Below, piece by piece: positions 43,698 through 52,616 of a stretch of 56,431 nt of DNA (within the stretch, counting starts at the first letter, position 1; each line of letters starts with the position of its first letter). The notes beneath the pieces were generated by a model, which saw only the letters and a list, made by a program, of their open reading frames with translations, did not search any database and was not told where the DNA came from. The translations under genes and the position numbers were made by a program. This DNA is from an uncultured Candidatus Saccharibacteria bacterium (GTDB lineage Bacteria; Patescibacteriota; Minisyncoccia; Minisyncoccales; CAYUYO01), in contig CAYUYO010000004.1 of NCBI GenBank assembly GCA_964449385.1, positions 1 through 56,431 on the forward strand. The letters run 5' to 3'.

Positions 43698-43818
43698 GTA
43701 CTGAGCCTCCATAGAGGCGAGGTGGAAGATGAGATTTACCTCATCGCCTGTTGAAAATTAAAAAAGGAAACTTCTTTAATATTTGTTATTTTTTTATAAA
43801 TTTTCTACAATATACTTG

Positions 43819-45627
43819 ATGCAGGTTTTTGAATTTCATTTTAATCCAAAAAGAAAAGAAGATTTGGTTTTCGATAGTTTTTGTTATGAACCGGAAAATA
43901 TCTATGAAAGGAGAGTAGGAAGTTTATACATGGTAGGAAATCTAAAAAATGTTCTACCTAAAAACAACCGCTTTCTTGATAATTTATCCAGTGTTATTAA
44001 AGAAAAATATTACAGTCCAAAACTTCATTTACCAGAAAATTCACTTAAAGAAAGCTTAAGAACGGCTAATGATCACTTAGAAAGAATTGCTAAAAGTAGT
44101 GATGTAAGCTGGCTTGGAAATTTAAGTTTTGCCGTACTTTCTTTGAGAAACTTTGAACTTAATTTTACTAAGGTTGGAGATTTAAAGATACTCTTATTAA
44201 GAGGAAGAGGAATTATCGATATTGACGAGAAATTAAAATTAGAAGAAATTGACCCTTATCCTTTAAAGATATTTGGCAATATTGCTTTTGGGAAATTGGC
44301 TGAAAATGATTTGATTTTAGTTTTGACAAAGGAAGTTTTTGATTATTGCCAAAGTAAGAACCTTTTAGACAAAATCGCTGAAATAGTTCCCTTTGACGGA
44401 GAAAAATTAAGGGGAATCTTTAATCACGGTAAAGAAGATCTTTTAAATATTTCAGGAGTTTGTTTAGTTATAGCTTTAACCAAAGAAACTTTAATCAAGA
44501 AGCGAGAATCTATTTTACCACAACAAAAAAGATTTTCTCTGAAAGAAGCTTTTACTCCGATTATTAATTATATTAAGAAATTAATTAAAAAACCTAAATT
44601 AAGACTACCTCATCCATCTATTCCTAAATTAACTATTCATAAGCCAGCTATTCCTAAAATTATTATCCCTAAATTAAATATCAAGATTCCATTTATGAAA
44701 GAGAAGATGGAAAAAAGGATAAAGACTTCTTCTTTTAAAAATATAATTATAATTTTAGTTTTAATATTTCTATTAGTTTTAGGGTCTTTTGTTTTTCAAA
44801 AGGAAAAAGAGCAGCAATTAAAAGAATATCAAACCACCTTAAGTCAAATTCAAGAAAAAGTTAGCCAAGCAGAAAACCTTTTACTTTTAAAAGAATTAAG
44901 ACCAGAAGCTCAAAAACAAGCAAACTTACTATTGAAAGAAAGCTGGGATGAAATTTTACCTTTAACTAAAATTCAAAATTTACCATTGAAAGAACAAGCT
45001 CTCGCTATCCAAGAAACAATGAAAGGATATTTAGAATCTCTTAACAGGATGAAAATAATCGAAGAACCTTTATTGTCTCCTGATTTTGATGAAAACGAAT
45101 TTATTTCTAAAAAAATGTCTGTTTTAAGAGAAACTGCTCCGGAAAATTTTACGTCTGATATCTTTTGTGATTATAAATCAAACCTTTATTCTTTAGACAA
45201 TATATCCGGAGAAATAATTAAATATATTTCAACAGGAGATCTTAAATGGGCCGAACCAAAGGTTTGGATAAAATCTGATTCATTAATTGAAGCAAAATCA
45301 ATAATAATAGACGGAGGCATTTGGATTCTGAACAAAGATAATTCAATCAGTAGATATTATGCCGGTAATCTTCAAAAAACCTTAGAATTAAATATTTTCC
45401 CGGAACCAAAAAACTTTTCCAGGATTTTTACTTCCGAAACACTTCCCTATCTTTATATTTTAGAACCAAATAAAAACCGGCTTATTATTATTAATAAAGC
45501 CGGCGAAACTATTAAGCAGTATCAAAGCGAAAAGTTTGACAATCTTTCAGATTTTGCCGTATCTCTTAACGGCAAAACTATTCATTTATTCAATGGCTTG
45601 AAGATTTATCAAATTGATATTCCCTGA
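43819..45627 (+). CDS. large single-pass membrane hypothetical protein
   Basis: The start is set at ATG 43819 (TTGTTA-17-TACAAT-7nt-ATG). It has a Pro/Lys-rich IPK repeat linker (HPSIPKLTIHKPAIPKIIIPKL), a TM helix (IIIILVLIFLLVLGSFVF) and a C-terminal extracytoplasmic domain of about 270 aa. Confidence 0.65.
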   Translation: MQVFEFHFNPKRKEDLVFDSFCYEPENIYERRVGSLYMVGNLKNVLPKNNRFLDNLSSVIKEKYYSPKLHLPENSLKESLRTANDHLERIAKSSDVSWLGNLSFAVLSLRNFELNFTKVGDLKILLLRGRGIIDIDEKLKLEEIDPYPLKIFGNIAFGKLAENDLILVLTKEVFDYCQSKNLLDKIAEIVPFDGEKLRGIFNHGKEDLLNISGVCLVIALTKETLIKKRESILPQQKRFSLKEAFTPIINYIKKLIKKPKLRLPHPSIPKLTIHKPAIPKIIIPKLNIKIPFMKEKMEKRIKTSSFKNIIIILVLIFLLVLGSFVFQKEKEQQLKEYQTTLSQIQEKVSQAENLLLLKELRPEAQKQANLLLKESWDEILPLTKIQNLPLKEQALAIQETMKGYLESLNRMKIIEEPLLSPDFDENEFISKKMSVLRETAPENFTSDIFCDYKSNLYSLDNISGEIIKYISTGDLKWAEPKVWIKSDSLIEAKSIIIDGGIWILNKDNSISRYYAGNLQKTLELNIFPEPKNFSRIFTSETLPYLYILEPNKNRLIIINKAGETIKQYQSEKFDNLSDFAVSLNGKTIHLFNGLKIYQIDIP

Positions 45628-45740
45628 AAAGAAAAATAATTAACATAATTATCGGAATTATTAAAGGCAAGCATTTCATCAATATAGCTAAGATAATTAA
45701 GATGATTATATTAAAGATTGAAAGCCAAAAATGTTTCTTT

Positions 45741-45923
45741 TTATCTTCTGCTTTCTTTTTTTTCTTTCGAGATAAGAGAAGCAAGGCAGCTAATATAGCC
45801 ATAATAAGAGCTAGAATCCAGCAATAATTGTCTAAGCCAAGACCCACCAGGCGATTCAGCCAAAGCCGTGGCCGGAAGTAGAACCAGTGTCAGTGCCAGT
45901 ATCAGAATTATTACCTTTTTCAC
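45741..45923 (-). CDS. small secreted/anchored peptide, GTG start with SD; possibly frameshifted into ORF 45590..45847
   Basis: AAGGAG lies 5 nt upstream of the GTG. The signal peptide is MKKVIILILALTLVLLPATALA. A TM segment plus poly-Lys tail appears only in the overlapping frame. Confidence 0.4.
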   Translation of the reverse strand: MKKVIILILALTLVLLPATALAESPGGSWLRQLLLDSSSYYGYISCLASLISKEKKESRR

Positions 45924-46235
45924 TTCTTCTCCTTTTCTCTTTAGTTTTGATTTACTGCTTTGTCAGCAGTAGCCAAAGAAAAAATTTCCAGTCTTTCCTG
46001 AATGTCATTCAGTCTTTCCCGAATGTCAATTTTTCTATAAGCATCACCTCCCTTTATTTCCAATCTCAGCTTATGTCAATTATCAGTATTCTTCTCTCAA
46101 AGAGCCAAAGAACTATTATATAAAAAGGCCCTCCTTGACCTTTCATAATTGTTTGTTTTAACACAAATAAAAAACTTGTCAATAGTTTTGATGTCCTATC
46201 TATGTCCTACCTTAATTATATTTTTTAACATTTAT

Positions 46236-46260
46236 AAAAAACCAAGTCCTTGCGGACTTG
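46236..46260 (-). terminator. displaced copy of the rplL terminator
   Basis: CAAGTCC pairs with GGACTTG (7 bp, loop 4) followed by a U-run on the minus strand. Near-identical to 48251..48277. Confidence 0.6.
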
Positions 46261-46286
46261 ATTTTTAAAATTTCGGAATACTTGTC

Positions 46287-46319
46287 CTATTTTAATTCTA
46301 CTTTGGCGCCGGCTACTTC
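46287..46319 (-). pseudogene. rplL 3'-end fragment, part A (last 10 codons plus stop)
   Basis: The minus strand encodes ..VAGAKVELK*. The wider repeat (46236-46319) aligns with 48253-48336 with 4 mismatches. Confidence 0.75.
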
Positions 46320-46321
46320 TA

Positions 46322-46549
46322 TTATAAAAGTTTTAGAAATTCATCTTTTGAAATTTCAGCTTGTTTTAAAATATGTAAAAGTGTCAATTGGGGAATATCT
46401 TTTGAATGAACTGGAACAGTAATTTTTAAATAAGATTTTGTCCGATGGAATAACCGAGCATGACTTCCAATCTGGTGATGAATATAAAAACCGGCTCGCT
46501 GAAGAGCTCGGATTACTTCTTTTGGTTTCAGTATTGGCAAGGTGGTCAT
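46322..46549 (-). CDS. hicA: HicA-family mRNA interferase toxin
   Basis: LKPKEVIRALQRAGFYIHHQIGSHARLFH. Confidence 0.8.
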   Translation of the reverse strand: MTTLPILKPKEVIRALQRAGFYIHHQIGSHARLFHRTKSYLKITVPVHSKDIPQLTLLHILKQAEISKDEFLKLL

Positions 46550-46819
46550 TTATTTTAGAGAAAAAGAAACTGCTACTTTTTCTCTTATTGGCTTTTTAAA
46601 AGATTGAGGTCTTTCGGAAATTATTTCTCTACTCTTGAAAGCGCTTTCTAAATAACAACGTAAAGCATCTTTAGCCATCTCTTTGGATTCCTTCAAGTTT
46701 CGGCCAAAGGTACAAATTTCTGGGATAGCTGGGAAAACAACATTAAAACCACCGTCTTTTAAGGGTTCATAAATTACTGTATAAGAATATTCTTTTGAAT
46801 GAATAAATTTTTTAGTCAT
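46550..46819 (-). CDS. hicB: HicB-family antitoxin (UPF0150-like)
   Basis: YTVIYEPLKDGGFNVVFPAIPEICTFGRNLKESKEMAKDAL, abutting hicA. An extended -10 (TGaTATAAT) lies upstream. Confidence 0.75.
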   Translation of the reverse strand: MTKKFIHSKEYSYTVIYEPLKDGGFNVVFPAIPEICTFGRNLKESKEMAKDALRCYLESAFKSREIISERPQSFKKPIREKVAVSFSLK

Positions 46820-46900
46820 ATTTTATTAATTTTTCCATATTTATAGACTAATTGTTAGTTTTAACCTTATATCCAGTTTAAATTATATCAAAGATACTGT

Positions 46901-46933
46901 CTTTTTCTTCATCTCCTCAGCTTCTTCTTTCTT
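46901..46933 (-). pseudogene. rplL 3'-end fragment, part B
   Basis: 33 nt matching 48340-48372 with 1 mismatch. Parts A and B are contiguous (3 nt apart) in the intact gene. Confidence 0.7.
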
Positions 46934-47295
46934 TAAGTTAAAGCTTTTTTTAATAAAGAATTTATATTAATTTTTTCCAGATTAAACTTTGGTTTTTGCG
47001 ATTTGGGAACAGCTCTATTTGCGGCTACAGCACGTAACATCTCTGCTACATTTTTATTGGTATTAATAAAAAGTATAGATTTTTTAGCTCGTAGATTTTC
47101 CTTCATCAATAATAAGGCATGGGTAGCAGAACGTGAAATAAATATTACATTGATGAAATCCAAATCGACCAATCGGGTATTGGTTTTTTTAATAAATTTC
47201 TCCAATATACTAACTATATCACGAGAGCTTATAATCGGTGCTAATAAATTGGCGACGTCTATTGAAGTTTTCTTTTCTTTTTTAATATTTTTCAT
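46933..47295 (-). CDS. STAS-like (DUF4325-like) small protein
   Basis: RLVDLDFINVIFISRSATHALLL resembles the D-x-S/F-x-V-x-F-I-(D/S)-S block of anti-sigma antagonists and DUF4325. It sits directly downstream of the GHKL kinase-like gene. Confidence 0.5.
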   Translation of the reverse strand: MKNIKKEKKTSIDVANLLAPIISSRDIVSILEKFIKKTNTRLVDLDFINVIFISRSATHALLLMKENLRAKKSILFINTNKNVAEMLRAVAANRAVPKSQKPKFNLEKININSLLKKALT

Positions 47296-47344
47296 ATTTT
47301 TAATTGTCGTATAAATATTATTTAATTATAACATAAATTAAATA

Positions 47345-48199
47345 TTATTCTAAAAAATAAGAGATATCAAGAGGTCCTGTCGGTTTTGGTATTCTATAAG
47401 CAATAATTACTCCTTGCCAATAAAAATTAGGAAAAAATACCAATCTTTCTTTTTTGTTTTCGGAAACTAAACCAGCAGCACCCGATATCATAATAAACCC
47501 TCCATTTAAAACGTCGCATATAATCTTTTTAGATGTCCAAACACCATAACCTCTTTCTCTGTCAGATTTTACCGAATTACCCTTCATTACTTCAGTAATG
47601 GCATCGATATCTGATAATTTTAGATTTTTTTCTTCTTTATACGCACCGGCAAATCCCCTACCGCAATCAACAATGCAAATATCTAAATAATTTTTGTTAG
47701 GATAAAATTGGCCGAAGATAAATCCGGTATCTTTCTTACTATGCTCAAATATATTAGTCACCAACTCTGCAATAGGATAACAAACAGCGTTTTGCGCTCC
47801 TGGAATATTACCAAGTGTCTCGTAAATTTTTTCCGAAAATAATGCTTCTAACCTCTCTCTTTTAGTTCCCTCTTTTTTTCTTAATATACTTATTGGAATA
47901 TAACTTTTGTATTTCTGAGTTTTTCGTTGAAATGAAGAAATAGAATCTATACCCTTTGGAAAGTTTACTGTTTCTAGGTATGTTTTAATTTTGGACAATT
48001 GATTTATTCTATACTCACTATGAGTATTATTTATATAGGCACTTATAGGCAACACTAATAAAGGACAAACCCAATCAAGCAAAGATAAATCAAATTCTAA
48101 ATCTTCTTTATTTTTAGTATTTATAAAAGTTCTATACAATGATCCTAATTGAGCTACAAGAGAATCATTTTTGGGCAACGGAACAATGACATTTTTCAT
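47345..48199 (-). CDS. SpoIIAB/RsbW-like GHKL ATPase/Ser kinase with an unknown N-terminal domain
   Basis: N box IAELVTNIFEHS, G1 box IVDCGRGF, G2-like ERGYGVW. The N-terminal 130 aa or so are unassigned. Confidence 0.6.
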   Translation of the reverse strand: MKNVIVPLPKNDSLVAQLGSLYRTFINTKNKEDLEFDLSLLDWVCPLLVLPISAYINNTHSEYRINQLSKIKTYLETVNFPKGIDSISSFQRKTQKYKSYIPISILRKKEGTKRERLEALFSEKIYETLGNIPGAQNAVCYPIAELVTNIFEHSKKDTGFIFGQFYPNKNYLDICIVDCGRGFAGAYKEEKNLKLSDIDAITEVMKGNSVKSDRERGYGVWTSKKIICDVLNGGFIMISGAAGLVSENKKERLVFFPNFYWQGVIIAYRIPKPTGPLDISYFLE

Positions 48200-48250
48200 A
48201 TCAACCTTATTCTACCAAAAAATCATTCTTTAGGCGATGTCAATAACTGT

Positions 48251-48277
48251 AAAAAAAACCAAGCCCTGGCGGACTTG
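48251..48277 (-). terminator. rplL intrinsic terminator
   Basis: On the minus-strand RNA, CAAGUCC pairs with GGGCUUG (one G-U pair), followed by U8. Confidence 0.65.
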
Positions 48278-48303
48278 ATTTTTAAAATTTCGGAATATTT
48301 GTC

Positions 48304-48744
48304 CTATTTTAATTCTACTTTGGCGCCGGCTGCTTCAAACTTTTTCTTCATCTCCTCGGCTTCTTCTTTCTTAACGTTTTCTTTAACCATCTGAGGAGCA
48401 GTAGCAGCAGCGTCAACTAAATCTTTGGCTTCTTTCAATCCTTTCTCGGTTATATCCCTTACTGTCTTAATCACTTCAATCTTTTTGTCGCCAACAGTTG
48501 TAAGCTCAATGTTGAAAATACTTTTTTCTTCGACAGAATCTGCAGCAGGACCAGAAGCAGCAGCAGGAGCAACTGCTATTGGAGCCTGAGCTGAAACTCC
48601 GAATTTTTCTTCTAAAACCTTAACCAATTCGGATAAATCTAAAACTGACAATTCTTCTATTTTCTTAACAATGTCTTCAAATTTCTTTGGAACCTTAGCT
48701 TCTTTTTTTTCTTCCTTTTTTTCTTCTTTTTTTTCTTCAGTCAT
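48304..48744 (-). CDS. rplL: 50S ribosomal protein L7/L12 with a Lys/Glu-rich N-terminal extension
   Basis: [41 protein letters not shown] and a GAKVELK end. Confidence 0.9.
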   Translation of the reverse strand: MTEEKKEEKKEEKKEAKVPKKFEDIVKKIEELSVLDLSELVKVLEEKFGVSAQAPIAVAPAAASGPAADSVEEKSIFNIELTTVGDKKIEVIKTVRDITEKGLKEAKDLVDAAATAPQMVKENVKKEEAEEMKKKFEAAGAKVELK

Positions 48745-48774
48745 AATTATAGTTTTAAAATTAATAATTGATAA

Positions 48775-49287
48775 TTACGTTTTGACCTTAGCCAAAACAC
48801 AGATTAGACCTTTAATATTTCCCTGTAAAACATTGACAAATTGAGACATGGGAGCAGAAATAGTTGCAACTAATTCAGATAAAAGCTCATTTCTAGTTGG
48901 AAGTTTAGCCAAAATAATTGTTTCTTCCGCATTCTGGAATTTATTTCCAAAGAAACTGCCTAAGATTTTTAAATTTGGATTTCCTTGGCTAAATTGATAA
49001 ATTATTTTAGCAGGAGACAGTTCATCCTTAAACCCAAAAATCACGGCAATCTCTCCTTTTAATTTTTCATTTTCTATCTCAATCTTTTTTTCTTTTAAAG
49101 CTAATCCCAATAAAGTTTTTTTAACTACTTTCAATTCATTTTCAGATGCCCTCAATTCTTTTCTCAAATTAGACAAGTCTTTTACTTTCAAACCTGTAAA
49201 ATCAGCAAAAACCATTGCTTTTTGTTTGGAAGCTTTTTCTTTTAAATCTTCGATGATCTTCTGTTTTTGAATTTTTGTTAATGCCAT
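48775..49287 (-). CDS. rplJ: 50S ribosomal protein L10
   Basis: Position upstream of rplL, plus the MVFADFTGLKVKDLSNLRKELR motif. Confidence 0.9.
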   Translation of the reverse strand: MALTKIQKQKIIEDLKEKASKQKAMVFADFTGLKVKDLSNLRKELRASENELKVVKKTLLGLALKEKKIEIENEKLKGEIAVIFGFKDELSPAKIIYQFSQGNPNLKILGSFFGNKFQNAEETIILAKLPTRNELLSELVATISAPMSQFVNVLQGNIKGLICVLAKVKT

Positions 49288-49388
49288 AATAATATAATAA
49301 AAAATCTGCGATAAACCGCAGACGATAAAAATATACTATTTTACCTCGAGAGGACTTAGTGATTGCCTCTTATCTACGGCTAGTTTTA
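49288..49388 (-). promoter_or_regulatory. L10-leader-like 5' UTR with an attenuator hairpin
   Basis: On the minus strand, a structured region (AGCCGTAGATAAGAGGCAATCACTAAGTCCTCTCGAGG) is followed by TCTGCG-GTTTAT-CGCAGA plus U6, ending 11 nt before the rplJ ATG. Confidence 0.45.
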
Positions 49389-49417
49389 AGTTTACTAAAT
49401 TACTATTTCTTTGTCAA
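49389..49417 (-). promoter_or_regulatory. rplJL promoter
   Basis: The minus strand reads TTGACA (49417-49412), a 17-nt spacer, then TAAACT (49394-49389). Confidence 0.5.
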
Positions 49418-49424
49418 CTCCTTA

Positions 49425-50285
49425 TTAATAATATTCAGCTTTTAACAAATTATGTTCCTTCAAGGTTTTACTGAAAATTGTTTCTCCTTCTGGCGTTGAT
49501 AAATAATACCAGTACAAGCTGTCCTTAGGATACACTGCTGCTATTATGCTTTCCAGCCCGGGATTACAAATCGGTTTTTCCGGCAGGCCTAATTTCTCAT
49601 ACGTTTCCAGAAAACAATCAACTTGTAGAGGCATCTTTGCATTTAATCTCTTCCATAATACTCCCGCAGCCAATTCTTTTTCTTCTTTCGTTATCAGTTC
49701 TTTTTCCAATAAAGAAGCCATTGTAACTATTTCCGGAATTGTTTTATTTTGTTTCTCTATTTCTTCCCGCAAATCAGAAGTTAATTTCTTATCAAAGTTA
49801 TCCAGCATCTTTCGGATGATTTCTTGATTAGTTTCCGAATAAGAGAATTGATAAGTGTCGGGAAATAAAAATCCTTTCAAAGAAACATCAATAGGAGAAA
49901 TCGGATATCCTATTTCTTTAAATCGTTCTTCAATTTGTTTTATGGTAAATCCTTCGGGAATGGTAATTTTTATCTTAGCCGTACTTCCCGAAATAATTTT
50001 TTTAGCAATATCCAATATATTTTCCGAAGGGCTTAAAAGGTATTTTCCGGCTTGAAGTTTTTTCTGATTACCTTTCATTATCAAATAAAAATCAAAGAAA
50101 AATTTGTTTTTGATTATCCCCTCTTTCTCTAAGTTTTCTCCGATTTGAAAAAGCTTCTGCCCTTTTTCTATGGAAAACATAGTATTTTCAACAGAACCAA
50201 GATTTTTAGGCAGATAAATCCCCTGCCAAACAAAAAACCCAATTAAGAAAATAATAATAAATGTAAGAATTAATCTAAATTTCAT
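49425..50285 (-). CDS. mltG: endolytic murein transglycosylase MltG, second paralog
   Basis: N-terminal TM helix, GFLFPDTYQF and LPEKPICNPGLESI. Confidence 0.8.
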   Translation of the reverse strand: MKFRLILTFIIIFLIGFFVWQGIYLPKNLGSVENTMFSIEKGQKLFQIGENLEKEGIIKNKFFFDFYLIMKGNQKKLQAGKYLLSPSENILDIAKKIISGSTAKIKITIPEGFTIKQIEERFKEIGYPISPIDVSLKGFLFPDTYQFSYSETNQEIIRKMLDNFDKKLTSDLREEIEKQNKTIPEIVTMASLLEKELITKEEKELAAGVLWKRLNAKMPLQVDCFLETYEKLGLPEKPICNPGLESIIAAVYPKDSLYWYYLSTPEGETIFSKTLKEHNLLKAEYY

Positions 50286-50286
50286 T

Positions 50287-50913
50287 TTATTTTGTGACTA
50301 ACGGCACAAAAGCAAAGCCCGGATATTCAACTTTATCAAACTCTTCTTTATTTCTCTTAACAAACAGCCAAATAGAAGATTCAATTGGAACGACAATTCT
50401 CCCTCCAATTTTTAATTGCTCTTTCCAAGCTGGCAAGATTTCATCGGCGGTTGCTGAAACCAGGATTTTATCAAAGGGAGCCCTTCCTATATAACCTTTT
50501 GAACCGTCAGCGCAAACACATTCTACGATTCCTTTCTTAATAAAATTGTATTTGGCAATATTTTTCTCGCCAAACTCTTTTAATTCCGGAATAATTTCTA
50601 ATGAGACAACTTTTCCTTTGGAACCAATAATTTCAGCTAATAAAGCGCTGGTCCATCCGGAACCGAAACCTACATCTAAAATTTTATCTCCTGGTTGGGG
50701 TTGAAGCTGTTCCAACATAAAAGCCACTACTAATGGCTGGGAAATTGTCTGGTTAAAACCTATGGGAAGAGCTTCGTTCAATTCAAATAAATCTTTGCTG
50801 TCTTGTGGCAAAAAGTCTATTCTTTTAATTTTTTGAAAAGCTTCAATGATTCTCTTATTTTTAAGCCAGCCTTCCTGAATCAACTCATCTATCAGAGCCA
50901 TATCTTTTTTCAA
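50287..50913 (-). CDS. pcm: protein-L-isoaspartate O-methyltransferase
   Basis: QTISQPLVVAFMLEQL and the SAM motif LDVGFGSGW. Confidence 0.8.
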   Translation of the reverse strand: MKKDMALIDELIQEGWLKNKRIIEAFQKIKRIDFLPQDSKDLFELNEALPIGFNQTISQPLVVAFMLEQLQPQPGDKILDVGFGSGWTSALLAEIIGSKGKVVSLEIIPELKEFGEKNIAKYNFIKKGIVECVCADGSKGYIGRAPFDKILVSATADEILPAWKEQLKIGGRIVVPIESSIWLFVKRNKEEFDKVEYPGFAFVPLVTK

Positions 50914-51382
50914 GTTCTTTAAGCTTATTTCTAATTCTAAATCTTTTTAATTTACTAATTCTATCAATGAATAAAATTCCGTTTAAATGATCAATTTCAT
51001 GCTGAAGAATTCTAGCCAAAATTCCTTCAGTTTTTATTTTTTTGCCGTCTCCATCCAAACTTTCAATTTCTACTTCTTTCCATCTTTTTATTTTCAGCCG
51101 AAGATCCGGAAAACTCAAACAACCTTCTTCCATAATTTCAGTTTCTTTTGACTTTTTTAGAATTTTAGGATTAATAAATTCTTTAACGCCGTTTTCTGTT
51201 TCAGCTATGATTACTCTTTTTGAAACTCCGACCTGTGGCGCAGCTAATCCAACTCCCTGTTCTTTTTTCATTGTTTCTATCATATCTTCGACCAATTTTT
51301 TTATCTCCGGAGTTATTTCCTTTACTTTTTCACATTTTTTTCTCAAAACCGAATTAGAATATTTTTTTATTTGAAGAATCAT
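50885..51382 (-). CDS. def: peptide deformylase
   Basis: GVGLAAPQVG, EGCLSFP and HEIDHLNG. Confidence 0.9.
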   Translation of the reverse strand: MILQIKKYSNSVLRKKCEKVKEITPEIKKLVEDMIETMKKEQGVGLAAPQVGVSKRVIIAETENGVKEFINPKILKKSKETEIMEEGCLSFPDLRLKIKRWKEVEIESLDGDGKKIKTEGILARILQHEIDHLNGILFIDRISKLKRFRIRNKLKELEKRYGSDR

Positions 51383-51386
51383 AGTT

Positions 51387-52616
51387 TTATTCGAAGCGCC
51401 TTAGAGCTTCGACTGGTTTAAGCTTTGCTGCACTTCTAGCCGGAAAAAATCCGGATAAGCAACCGATAATAAACGAAAATCCCAAGCCGAAAAGAATTAA
51501 CCCGGGACTGATAGATGCATTGAAATAAAATATCGGGTGAACCTGGCCGTATATTTGAATTCCTTTGGCTAAAATAACTCCCATTAATGTTCCTACGACT
51601 CCACCCACCAGACCGACTATTCCGGCTTCAAATAAAAATATTAAAAGGATTGCCGAGTTTTTAGCGCCCAATGCTTTCATAATTCCGATTTCCCGAGTTC
51701 TTTCCCTAACCGAAGTAAACATTGAATTTGTAATTCCAATTCCTCCTACAATAATAGCAATACCGGCAAACAAAAATATAACTAATTGAATTATTCCCAT
51801 AATAGTGCCGGTTATTTCTCCCATTTTTTCTGAAGTAAGAACCGAAAAATCAGCTTCATCTGCCCCAAACCTTCTTTTTCTAGTTTTTTCCAGAGCTGCT
51901 TTGATTGCTTTTGCTACAATATTTTCGTCCGTACCTTCTTTTAACTTAGCCATTGCATAGGAAGCAGTACCTCGTTTTTCTCCGGTTATATCTTGATATA
52001 CTTCCATATCCATATAAACCATACTATCGTCTTGCTTGCTCCCTAAGGTTTTTAAAACTCCCACTACATTAAATTTTCTGCCTTTTATTATCAATTCTGA
52101 TCCTGATTTTACTTTTTTCGAAAAAATATCCTCGGCTACCATCTTACCAATTAAAATTTCCTTTCCTTTTGTGGGCCACCTGCCTTCCGATAAATCCCAT
52201 CCTTGAAAAATAGTCATAATTTCCAAACTTTTTTTCCAGGGATCAAGACCAGATATAGCAATTTGTTTTGCTTCCGTCTTATATCTGGCGAGCGTCCCGG
52301 TATAAGAATATCCTATAACAGTATCTACTCCTTCCGCTTTTTCAATAGCTTCCATATCTACTTTTTCTAATTTTGCACCGCCGAACATCATACTGGAGAA
52401 AAAATCTTCATCACCCCCTGGCATTATCATAACCATTTTTCCTCCCAAGGACTGCAGTTGCTGATTGATAGTTGACTTTAACCCTTCACTTAAAGAAAGC
52501 AGAGAAATTATCAAAAATATACCTATGATAATACCTAAAAGAGTCAACAAAGTCCTCAATTTTCTGGTCTTTATATTCCTTAGGGCTATTTTAAAATATT
52601 CTTTTATTTCTTCCAT
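51387..52616 (-). CDS. ABC transporter permease (MacB/FtsX-like)
   Basis: N-terminal TM helix, a large periplasmic domain, and a C-terminal FtsX-type 3-TM bundle (REIGIMKALGA). Confidence 0.8.
   Translation of the reverse strand: MEEIKEYFKIALRNIKTRKLRTLLTLLGIIIGIFLIISLLSLSEGLKSTINQQLQSLGGKMVMIMPGGDEDFFSSMMFGGAKLEKVDMEAIEKAEGVDTVIGYSYTGTLARYKTEAKQIAISGLDPWKKSLEIMTIFQGWDLSEGRWPTKGKEILIGKMVAEDIFSKKVKSGSELIIKGRKFNVVGVLKTLGSKQDDSMVYMDMEVYQDITGEKRGTASYAMAKLKEGTDENIVAKAIKAALEKTRKRRFGADEADFSVLTSEKMGEITGTIMGIIQLVIFLFAGIAIIVGGIGITNSMFTSVRERTREIGIMKALGAKNSAILLIFLFEAGIVGLVGGVVGTLMGVILAKGIQIYGQVHPIFYFNASISPGLILFGLGFSFIIGCLSGFFPARSAAKLKPVEALRRFE

Noticed and set aside
46006-46011. An in-frame TGA followed directly by ATG, as evidence for UGA recoding (genetic code 25/4)
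   Set aside because: Many full-length conserved genes in the window end in TGA, for example tspO at 7575 and mltG at 6586. The standard code 11 therefore applies.
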